A stretch of 32,000 nt of DNA, taken from NCBI RefSeq assembly GCF_000019345.1, contig NC_010503.1, positions 719,680-751,679 on the forward strand. The letters are read 5' to 3'. Origin of the DNA: Ureaplasma parvum serovar 3 str. ATCC 27815 (lineage in GTDB: Bacteria; Bacillota_I; Bacilli_A; Mycoplasmatales; Mycoplasmoidaceae). Positions within the stretch are counted from its first letter, which is position 1, and the number at the start of each line of letters is the position of its first letter. The notes below the pieces were generated by a model, which was not told the origin of the DNA, made no database searches, and saw nothing but the letters and a program-made list of their open reading frames with translations. Both the position numbers and the translations under genes were made by a program. This document shows positions 20,570 to 32,000 of the stretch, one piece after another.

Positions 20570-21280
20570 TTAATTTATTAATTTTGAATTTTTAATAAAT
20601 TGATAAATACGATTAATGTATTTGGGATAAATTGTGTTTTGCTTAGCTAATTTTTTATCTAATAACACCAAATCTAATTGGCAATCTTTATATTTATTAA
20701 AAAGATAATCATCTATTTGATATAACTCATTAACACATAAAATATGGTCGCTTGAAGCGCATGCAAGACGTTTTAAATCCTGTGTAATTTTATTACTATT
20801 GTAATCTTTTGGAATTTCAGATATTACACTAACATTGCAGTAACTTAAGTATTTAATGTTTTTAGAACTATAGATTCCCTCATCTGTGATGATACATATT
20901 CTAGCTTTAAGAGAAATTAAACGATTGATAAGTGTGTCCAAAACAACACTATCATAATAAATAACAAATCCATATCCTGCTTTTATCAAGGTTAGTATAT
21001 CATAATTTGATATTGCATTTTCATAATCTATTAACCAAATATTTTTTTTATCAAGTCATTCAACTGTTGTTGAATAATATAAAATAAAAGGAGGTTGGTT
21101 AATTTTTTTATATTTATTAGGATATTTTTCATCAGTTAAATCAATAGCTTTAACTTTTTCGTAATCTTCTTTTTCTAAAAATAAATATTCATTTTGATCT
21201 TCATGATTTATTAATGCTAAATAAATTTTTGATCAATCCCCTTTATACTTCAAACTGAAATAGTGTGTTAAATAATTCAA
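20570..21280 (-). CDS. Divergent DprA/Smf-like protein, 236 aa
   Basis: TTG start at 21280, preceded by a strong GAGGTGAT SD. One TGA was read through, extending track ORF 20570..20989. LTDEKYPNKYKKINQPPFILYY matches the DprA (YP..L..I.DPP.VL..KG) block, and VISEIPKDYN...LKRLACASSDHILCVNE matches the (SEYP.G......RNRII..L....VVVE) block. Position upstream of topA is as in Firmicutes. The GSR and SG.A.GID..AH signatures are not conserved. Confidence 0.55.
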
Positions 21281-21330
21281 TGGTATCACCTCATTAAATT
21301 ATTAGCAATAATGATTTATTTTTAAAATTA

Positions 21331-22152
21331 CTAATCATAATTAACTTTACAAATCAATCCATTAGAAAAATCATTAAATAAATTCTCATAAGCTCTTACA
21401 TGATCAAATTCATTATTTGTTAATTTATAATTATATAACTCACAAATATGATGAATAAAATCATCAAAATTTAATACCTTATTCATTTTATATTTTATAA
21501 ATAATTCATTCCTATAATTTTTTAAATAAAAATCATATGCAAAATGTACAATTGATTCTAATTCCAAAACTTCTTTCTTAACACAATTAATCAAAGTCAA
21601 AACAAAACTATCACGCTCATTTTGAATATTTTTTAAAAAAATTCCAGGTGTATCAATTAAATAAAAATGTTGATTGATTTGACGAATACATTGAGTCTTA
21701 GTAACTCCAGGTCTATTTTCAACTTTTAATACTTTTTTGGGAGCTAAAAAATTAATCAAAGAAGACTTACCAATATTTGGTAGACCAATAATCATACCTA
21801 CAAATTTAGGATTTATTAATCCTTTCTTTTGGTATATTTTTATTTTTTGATCAAATAATTGATATAAATGTTGAATAATCTTATTTTTATCATTTCTTTT
21901 TTTAGTTGAAATTAATAAAAAATTATTATCGAAATTTTTTTTTCAATCACTTAAATCGGCCTTATTAGCCAAATTAATAACTGGTTTGGATGAAACTTCT
22001 TTTAATAATTCAATATTACTTGATGTTAATGGACATCTAGCATCAACTAATTGAATAAAAAAATCAACATTTTTAAGATTTTTTAAAATCTCATCTGTTG
22101 CTTTTTTCATATGCCCAGGAAATCAATTAATTTTTTTATTAATTATGTCCAT
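21331..22152 (-). CDS. rbgA: Ribosome biogenesis GTPase A (YlqF/RbgA), 273 aa
   Basis: N-terminus: INWFPGHMKKATDEI...VDARCPLTSSN. The GTPase motifs are circularly permuted: NKADL (G4) comes before GLPNIGKSSLIN (G1) and DTPG (G3). It extends track ORF 21331..21795. Confidence 0.9.
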
Positions 22153-22163
22153 AATGTTAAATT

Positions 22164-22604
22164 CTACACATACTCATTAAAAGATATTAAATATTTATAA
22201 ATTTGTTTTTGTTGATATTGAATTTTTTGTCTTATATTAAATGTATAATAAGCTAATCTAAAAAAAATAAAAGGAAGATTTTTGATCGGTTTTTTCGGTG
22301 GGTATTTATTGATTTTTAAAATTAAATATCTTGCTGTGCTATTATGACAATTGATCCATAAAAGATAAATTATTGTAATAAATAACATTAAAAAACTAAT
22401 ACATGTTAAAATTGTAAAATCTAAATATTTTTTATAATTTAATAATTTTTCATTATATCCATAATTTAAAGCTAAAATTAAATTTGTGATAAAAGAAATT
22501 AATCAACCAGCTAAAAATATACTAATAAAAACTCCAATAAATTTATATTTAAAATATAATTTACCTATCAAATAATCTTTTAATTCTTCTAAAACTATTT
22601 TCAA
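22164..22604 (-). CDS. Small membrane protein of unknown function, 146 aa
   Basis: The frame is open from TAG at 22614-22616 to TAG at 22164-22166. The only plausible start is TTG at 22604, with AGGT 9 nt upstream. Two hydrophobic segments are present (FIGVFISIFLAGWLISFITNLILAL, ILTCISFLMLFITIIYLLWI). I recognised no family. Confidence 0.45.
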
Positions 22605-22640
22605 AACATTTACCTAAATATTAAATAACTATTAATGTAA

Positions 22641-23312
22641 TTATATATTTTTATTTCGTTTTTTATTTTTAAAAAATTTAATAAATTCCTCAGAATTACT
22701 ATTTAAATAAGGACGATTAGGTACCTTATGATGATGACGACAAACAGCAGAATAGAATTCCTGACAGCCAATTTTAACAATATCATCATTATAGTCAGCG
22801 TGTTTACCATCAATCTTACGCAATGAATGCGTTGCTTCAGCGCCACACTCATTACATATCGCTGTTAGTTTTGTAATTTTATCAGCATAAGTAAAAAGTT
22901 TAGCAATTGGACCAAAAGGCTCGCCTTTAAAATTTTTATCTAATCCTGAAATAATAACAACAAAACCATTTTCTGCTAAAATATTTGCAACTTCACAAAT
23001 CCGATCATCAAAAAATTGAACCTCATCAATGCCAATAACTTTTGTTTCATCATTAAAACTGTTTGACATAATATAATTTAAAATTTCTGGTGCGCTTTCT
23101 ACTTCAACTGATGGTAAAGACGTTCCTGTTCGTGATTGGATATTTCTAATAGATCTAGTATCAATTTTAGGTTTAAAAACCAAATATTTAACATCTGCAT
23201 ATTCTAAACGATGTAAGCGACGAATTAACTCTGCTGTTTTTCCAGCAAACATTGGGCCAGTAATTAATTCTATTCATCCTATTTTTTTTGAAAATGCATT
23301 CACTTTAGCCAT
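22641..23312 (-). CDS. tdk: Thymidine kinase, 223 aa
   Basis: ATG at 23312. The P-loop is GWIELITGPMFAGKTAELIRR, followed by IGIDEVQFF, and the zinc-ribbon cysteines are C..CG...CR.H. It extends track ORF 22641..23252. Confidence 0.93.
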
Positions 23313-23318
23313 AAAAAA

Positions 23319-24425
23319 TTATTTTGTCACATTGAATCTAAAATTGCAAATATCGCCATCTTTCATTAAATATGACTTTCCCTCCATTCTTATTTTTCCC
23401 GCTTCTTTCACAGCTTGCTCACTTCCTAATGATATTAAATCATCATAATGCATAATTTCAGCTTTAATAAAACCTTTTTCAAAATCGCTATGAATAATTC
23501 CTGCACATTCAGGCGCACTCATTCCGTTTATAAATGTTCAAGCACGTACTTCTTGTTTTCCATATGTAAAATAAGTTTTTAAATTTAATAAATCATAGGT
23601 TTGCTTTACAATTTCATCTAATCCTGTTGTTTTAATACCTAAATCTTGAATAAATATTGATTTTGATTCTTCATCTAAAATGCTAATTTCATATTCAATT
23701 TTTGCTGACAAAGCAACGCATCTAGCATCATTATCTTGAGCATACTTTTTTACTTTTAAATATTCTTTATTTAAATCAGGATTTGAAATCTCATTTTCTG
23801 AAATATTTGCAATATATAAAATTGGTTTTAAAGTTATTAAATTGAAAGAATTAATGATTTTCAATTCTTCTTTGGTTAATTTAACACTTGATGCTAATTG
23901 ACCCTTTTTTAAAGCTTCTTCAATGTTAAATAAAATAAGATATTCTCTTCTAGCATCTTTATCGCCAGAATCAGCCTTTTTTTTAATACGACTAATTCGT
24001 TTTTCAATAATATCAAGGTCAGATAATATTAATTCATAATTAATAACATGAATATCAGATAATGCGTCAATTTTATTATGAACATGAGTAATAGATTTAT
24101 CATCAAAACAGCGAACGACATGACAAATAGCATCAACATCGCGAATATTATTTAAAAATTGGTTTCCTAGTCCTTCACCTTGCGAAGCGCCTTTAACAAG
24201 ACCTGCAATATCAACAAATTTGAAAGTGGTCGGCACAATTTTATCAGGCACAACTAAGCTTGCTAATCGTTTTAAACGCGGATCATTAATATTAACAATT
24301 CCAATATTTGGTTCGATAGTTGCAAAAGGATAATTAGCTGCCTCAACTCTAGAATTTGTAATTGTATTAAATAATGTGGATTTACCAACGTTTGGCAAAC
24401 CAACAAGACCTGCTGATAACGACAT
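23319..24425 (-). CDS. ychF: Redox-regulated ATPase YchF, 368 aa
   Basis: [35 protein letters not shown], and a C-terminal TGS-like segment ([30 protein letters not shown]). Two track ORFs are joined by one TGA. AAGGAG SD. Confidence 0.95.
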
Positions 24426-24435
24426 TTTATTCTCC

Positions 24436-25308
24436 TTATTTTATTTTATTTAAACTATTAAACTTAGTGAATTTATCAATGATTGTATTTTTAATTGCGT
24501 CCACACCATAAGCCAAAATTTTTCGTGGATCATACTGTTTAGAAAGAATTAAATCACCTGCTTTTGTTAAGTGATCTTGTAATGCATTTGAAAATGCAAT
24601 TTGACATTCTGTATTAATATTAATTTTTGCTACACCCAAATTAATTGCTTTTAAAATTTGTTCATCACTAATACCAGAACCTCCGTGTAAAACAATTGGT
24701 TTATTCACTTTATTGTTAATTTCTTTTAATAAATTAAAATTTAAACCTTTTCAATTTTTAGGATATATTCCGTGAATATTTCCAATACCACACGCTAACA
24801 TATCAATATCTAATAAACACATTTGATAACAATCGTCGATATTAGCTAATTCACCTTCTGAAGTAATCCCATCTTCTGTCCCACCAATTGAACCAACTTC
24901 AACTTCTACTGATACACCTTTTAATTTAGTTATTGTCAAAAGTTCTTTAGTGTTTTTAATGTTTTCTTCGATCGAAAGTTTTGATCCATCATACATAATT
25001 GAGGAATAACCAGCATTAATAGCTTTTATACATCCTTCATATGTACCATGATCTAAATGCAAACAAACAGGAGTTTTAATATTCATTTGTTTTATTAAAT
25101 TAACAACCATTGCATAACAATTATCATAACCACCCATATATTTTACGGCACCTTCAGATGTCGCTAATAAAAGAGGAGAGTTTGTTTCTTGAGCTGCTAA
25201 TAATGCTGCTTTAATTCATTCTAAATTATTGATATTAATTGCAGCCACTGCATAATGATTTTCATAAGCATTTTGAATCATTTTTTTGGCATTAACTAAT
25301 GGTGACAT
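24436..25308 (-). CDS. fba: Fructose-bisphosphate aldolase, class II, 290 aa
   Basis: ATG at 25308. Motifs: AVAAININNLEW, LHLDHG, SIMYDGS, EVEVGSIGG.EDG, GNIHG.Y and LHGGSG. It joins track ORFs 24751..25137 and 24436..24708. Confidence 0.95.
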
Positions 25309-25312
25309 TTTT

Positions 25313-25795
25313 TTATTCTTCCTCTTCTAATTCCTCTTCGTCTTCTATTTCATCTTTATTAGAAGTATTATTATTTTTAAATTCTTCATCTTCATCTTCG
25401 TAGCCAACAAAATCAGATAAAGAGCTTACTTCATCACTTTCCTCTTGTTCTTTTGATTGTGTTAATTTATCATTTTTAACAATTTCATGTTCATCTTCTT
25501 CACGGTCACTATCTTTGTATAAACCAACTTCATACATAGCGTTATTAATTTTTGTAATTTCATCTAGTGATAATCGTTCACGTAAATTTCATTCTAAATC
25601 TCCAATTGAAATAAAACGTGTATCTTGTATTAAAGTTGTATATAAAACACCTAATTGTGAATTAACTTCTACTAAATTTACATTACTATTCTTGACAATT
25701 TCATTAATAATATCATCAAAAGTAAATGGTTTTTTGTTATAAATTTTATTATTTTTTATTGCATTATAAGCAATATCAACTAATTGACGGCTCAT
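25313..25795 (-). CDS. rpoE: RNA polymerase delta subunit, 160 aa
   Basis: The N-terminal HARE-HTH-like region (VDIAYNAIKNNK..PFTFDDIINEI...LYTTLIQDTRFISIGDLEWNLRE) is followed by a long Asp/Glu-rich tail. Two track ORFs are joined by TGA. AAGGAG SD. Confidence 0.85.
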
Positions 25796-25869
25796 ATTAA
25801 ACTCCTTATATTTTAGTTTTTTTGTATTTAATATATTAGTATTTATTTTAAAGGTTTATAGTAAAAAAT

Positions 25870-27060
25870 TCATTTTTTTATTCGTGGTTGTTTAATTGAT
25901 TTTAAAGCAGCAATTATTAAACTCTTATCTTCAAGTTTTAATAATTTAATATCATTATTTTTGTTTTCTGTATATAAAAAAACCGGTTCATTAAAATCAT
26001 AAATTTGTTTATTTGAAGTAATAGTTTCATAAAAATATTTTTTATGAATAATCTTTTGATCTTTTGATTTATCTTTACCATATTCATATTCAAAAGTTAC
26101 AAAATCTTTATTTTGTAACCAATTTGTTGCTAAAGTTTTTAAAATAAAATCATGTTCATTAGCAAACGATCGCATTAAAGCTGTAAATGAATAATCATCT
26201 AAATTTTGAACAGTAGTAATATCTCAAGATTCATTATCTAATCATGGTTTTAAAATTGTTAATAATTGTGAATTTTTGAATATATATTTTTTTTGTTTTT
26301 GGTATAAAAAATGCACTCTTGCTAAAGTCTTTTTCATTAAAATATCATAGGTTGTTGGTGTTTTATTTAAATAAACATTTTCAAACATACTCCAACGAGA
26401 AATTAAAATGTTTTCTAAAGCGTTTCAAGAGTGTTTTGAAAAACATAATTGATCGTTAAAAACTATTGCCTTTTTAAAGATATTATCATAGTCTATATTT
26501 CCATACTTGGTTCCTGTAAAATGAGAATCACGTGGCAAATAATCTAAACGATCTGCATCAATTTGAGATGAAATAACCTGTTGCATTCACATTTTTTTGG
26601 ATTTATGATCAATTATATTAGCAACATCAACTGGATTGATATTATGTTTAATTAAAATTTTATTAATTTCACTTTTAGGATTAGTAATAATCATTTGACC
26701 AATTTTTTCATGATTATAATTTGTTGCATATTCAAAAGTATGGGAAAAAGGACCATGACCAATATCATGTAATAAGGCTGCAGCACAAACAATCTTTTTA
26801 TTATTTATTAAATCGTGTGTATCAGATTTAATGAATTTTAATGAATCTAAAAGTTTTCTTGTAACTTGGAAAACACCAATACAATGAGTAAAACGTGTAT
26901 GAGTAGCACTTGGGAAAATTGATCAACTTGATCCTAATTGCTTTATATTATTTAAACGCCAGAACTCTTTTGTTTTAATTAATTCATAAGCTCATTCATA
27001 TTGTTCATCAAACGTAATTAAACCATGAATAGGATCTTTTATAAAAAAATTTTTTACCAT
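25870..27060 (-). CDS. HD-domain phosphohydrolase (SAMHD1/YwfO-like dNTP triphosphohydrolase family), 396 aa
   Basis: ATG at 27060. Motifs: [43 protein letters not shown] and [22 protein letters not shown]. Six TGA were read through. It extends track ORF 25870..26175. Confidence 0.85.
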
Positions 27061-27068
27061 AATAATTA

Positions 27069-29304
<2,236 letters not shown>

Positions 29305-29337
29305 AATTTGACCTACAACTTAATTTTATTAATTATC

Positions 29338-30171
29338 TTATCTATTCAAATAATTAAAGAGTTTTAGAAACATTTTTGGTTCAATGTTTTCAGCTCGTAA
29401 ATTCATATCTAAATTATAATCAATAAACATTTGATTAATTATTTTAATATCATAAATATTAGATAAGTTATTTTTTAACTTTTTTCGTTTATTTAAAAAA
29501 CAAATCCGTAAAAATTTACCTAATTCTTCAATATTAAAATTCACACTATTATGAAGATTTTCAAGATGAATGACAGCACTTTGAACTTTAGGTTGGGGAT
29601 GAAATTCTTTAGCATTAACTTCGAATAGAATTTTTGTTTTACAGAATAATTGTACTAAAACAGTAAAAGCATTATAACCACGTGTATTTACTTTAGCACC
29701 AATTCGTTCAGCCATTTCTTTTTGAACCATAATATAAGCATCATTAATTAATTTTGATTGAATAATTTTTAAAACTATCTTTGAAGATATTGCATATGGA
29801 AGATTTGCAACAACTTTAATTTTTTGAATTTTTTGAGTATTATTGTAATCTAAAATCAAATTATCTAAATCTACACATAATACATCATTATTTATTATAT
29901 GAAAATTACTTGTTTTTATGTATGTTTTTAAGTGTGCATATAGTCTTTTATCTAATTCAATAGCAATTAAAATATTTGTTTTTTGTACAAGAATTTCAGT
30001 AATTGCTCCTCACCCTGGACCAATTTCTAATATAAGATCATCTTTATTAATATTCGCCACATCTACAATTTTATTTTTTATGTTATTAGACAATAAGAAG
30101 TTTTGCCCCATTTTTTTTGATGGAACAAAACTTTCTTGCTTGAGTTTATTTTTAATGAATGATTTATTCAA
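29338..30171 (-). CDS. rsmA: 16S rRNA (adenine1518/1519-N6)-dimethyltransferase RsmA/KsgA, 277 aa
   Basis: [10 protein letters not shown], the SAM motif ILEIGPGWGAIT (Trp = TGA) and [11 protein letters not shown]. The start is uncertain. I chose TTG at 30171 (AGGA 10 nt upstream) because the next ATG (30111) would remove residues preceding the conserved KK..GQNFL. Confidence 0.88.
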
Positions 30172-30172
30172 G

Positions 30173-31324
30173 TTAGCTAATTCCTAATTTAGCAAGTTTT
30201 GATTCAATTCTTGTGGCACTGTTTGAACGGCGTTTCATAATAATAACATGAATGATATACGATTGCAGAATAGTAAAGATCGCATTGAAGAATCAGTATA
30301 AACCAATCCCGGAAGCAGAAATTGCTACTACAACAGCTAAAACAATTGCAATAATGTTTTGTGTCATTCGTACACGTTTTAACTGTTGTTTATTTTTAGC
30401 ACCAACAGTTGTGGCATTACGATTACGTTTTCTAGCTAATAGTTGTGGTATTTTTTGGGATAAGATTTGTACTGGAATAATAATTAATAAGAAGAAAATA
30501 TAAGGTCATCCTGAAGTTGTGAAATTTGAAAAAATTTCAGAAATAGGTGTTGCTGATAAGTCTCAAATATAAAAAATACTAATAAACTTAAGTGGTCTTA
30601 AAATTGTAACAACACGATAAATAATTAAAAAGATCGGCAATGTAATAATCATACTTTCAAAAGGAGCTAAAGGTTTAACGTTATGTTTTTGATATAACTC
30701 TTTTGTTTCCATTTGTTTTTTTTGACGAGACTGCATATCTTTTGCGTCTTTATATTTTGCATTAATTTCTGCAATTTTTCCTTGAATTTCAGAAATTCTT
30801 TCTGTTTGGATAGTTGCACGTGCTGAGATCAACATTGTAATCACACGAATAATTAATAAAATGATAATTAATCCTAAAATAGCATTTAAACCTGCTGGTC
30901 AATCTCTCGTTGCATACATAAAATGTAATAAAATTTGTGCAATTGGCCAAACAAATAAAGCATAGAAAGGACCATAATCAAATGAAAAATCAGACATTGG
31001 ATATCAAGGACCTGTTCCAGAATAAATTAAATCAAAACGAATGTCATTAGCACCAAGAATAGGATCAACATGAAATCCTAATTCAAAACCATTACCAACA
31101 ATAGTAGAATTAATTGTTCAGTGGTTTGCCATATTTTGGAAACAACCATATAAGCCAATACCTAAGAAAAATGCATAAACGATGATTTTAAAAACTTTTA
31201 ATAAAACATTAAAAATTTTTTTCTTACGTTCTTTTTTTATCGAATTTGCATTCGATGCTCCAGCAAAATGTGAAACAGAAATCCGCATTCTATTTGTTAA
31301 ATTTTGTTTATCAACAGATGACAT
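30173..31324 (-). CDS. yidC: Membrane protein insertase YidC, 383 aa
   Basis: ATG at 31324 behind an AAGGAGG SD. I translated codon by codon to TAA at 30173-30175. It has a YidC core with an amphipathic coiled region ([21 protein letters not shown]...[18 protein letters not shown]), multiple TM segments and a basic C-terminus. The N-terminal h-region ends in a lipobox-like LYGC. Confidence 0.9.
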
Positions 31325-31362
31325 TTATACCTCCTTTTCAATTCAAAAATTACTTGCTAATT

Positions 31363-31704
31363 TTATCTTTTTTCTTTGTTAATAATTCGTTGAAGAATTA
31401 TTTTAAGATTATTACAATTTAAAACAAAAGAACCATCAATAAACGATGGTTTCACTAAGACTACAATATCATAACTTTTAATGGGAATATCAGCAGCAAT
31501 AAACCATGCTTTAATCAGGCGTCGAATTCGATTGCGTTGTGTTGCTAATTTAAACTTTTTTTTAGAAATGCTTATAGCTAAGCGAACATTTTTTAGATTG
31601 GTTTTACGAAAATAAACTACGATTTGATTAGAATGAATTTTTTGTTGTTTCTTAATTGTATCAAGTATATCTTCATTTTTTTTTAGACTAATAAAATTAG
31701 CCAT
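31363..31704 (-). CDS. rnpA: Ribonuclease P protein component, 113 aa
   Basis: Intact track ORF with a true ATG. It carries the RNR-type motif KLATQRNRIRRLIK and sits in the conserved rpmH-rnpA order. Confidence 0.9.
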   Translation of the reverse strand: MANFISLKKNEDILDTIKKQQKIHSNQIVVYFRKTNLKNVRLAISISKKKFKLATQRNRIRRLIKAWFIAADIPIKSYDIVVLVKPSFIDGSFVLNCNNLKIILQRIINKEKR

Positions 31705-31709
31705 AAAAA

Positions 31710-31856
31710 TTATTTTTCACTAGAAACTGTTAGACTATGACGCCCTTTAAGTCTTCTTCTAGCTAAAACATTACGCCCATTTTTTGTTTTCATGCGTGCA
31801 CGAAAACCATGCACTTTTGCTCTTTTACGATTATTAGGTTGAAACGTTCTTTTCAT
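31710..31856 (-). CDS. rpmH: 50S ribosomal protein L34
   Basis: 48 aa: [48 protein letters not shown], the canonical L34 sequence. It was too short for the ORF track. Confidence 0.96.
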
Positions 31857-31899
31857 AAATCCACCGCCCTCTTACTTTTTTGAAAACATAATATGGATT

Positions 31900-31908
31900 A
31901 TTATAACA
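31900..31908 (-). promoter_or_regulatory. Extended -10 promoter candidate for rpmH-rnpA
   Basis: The minus strand reads TGTTATAAT (TGnTATAAT consensus) 44 nt upstream of the rpmH ATG. Confidence 0.45.
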
Positions 31909-32000
31909 TTTTAGTTATTTTTTATTTAATATATTTTTTTAAAAAAGTCAATGATATCTTTTTAAAAATAAACATATATAATATGATAATAGGACAAAGA

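Noticed and set aside
25870-27060. The HD-domain SAMHD1-like dNTPase as a possible anti-phage nucleotide-depletion defence gene.
   Set aside because: It is embedded with 8-nt spacing in a housekeeping operon (gltX upstream, rpoE downstream). It has no partner genes, mobile-element flanks or compositional break. It looks like the conserved YwfO-type protein of Firmicutes and Mollicutes.

Overview
This is a strongly AT-rich, gene-dense window from a Mollicute (Mycoplasma-type) chromosome that reads UGA as tryptophan (translation table 4). The supplied ORF track used the standard code, so most genes appear as 2-4 fragments. I rejoined them by hand across in-frame TGA codons, several of which fall on conserved Trp positions: the thioredoxin WCxxC motif, GluRS LLGWSP, TopA EAISWH and transketolase PKWFNRDR. 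The result is 29 protein genes, one tRNA-Ser(GCU) and several rho-independent-type hairpins. I found no CRISPR, IS element, prophage, R-M or toxin-antitoxin signature. The content is mostly housekeeping. On the minus strand: a partial ATP-grasp gene, a DUF2156-like gene, then rpsI and rplM. On the plus strand: a lipoprotein, an APC permease, then rpmG, secE and nusG. From 8.1 kb to the right edge there is an unbroken minus-strand array: DEAD-box helicase, two tandem MATE transporters, deoC, tkt, an HPr-like gene, cls, tRNA-Ser, trxA, topA, a dprA-like gene, rbgA, a small membrane protein, tdk, ychF, fba, rpoE, an HD-domain hydrolase, gltX, an ispE-like gene, rsmA/ksgA, yidC, rnpA and rpmH. The rpmH-rnpA-yidC end and the uniform orientation suggest the replication origin lies just past the right edge. 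Two items seem most worth following up. First, an HPr-family protein with no histidine at all (Phe at position 15, Ser46 kept) sits at the head of a tkt-deoC operon. Second, a tightly coupled DUF2156-like / TupA-like ATP-grasp gene pair sits at the left edge of a genome that has no cell wall. All functional calls rest on motifs I recognised by eye; no database search was run. Gene boundaries come from hand translation, so starts are less certain than stops.
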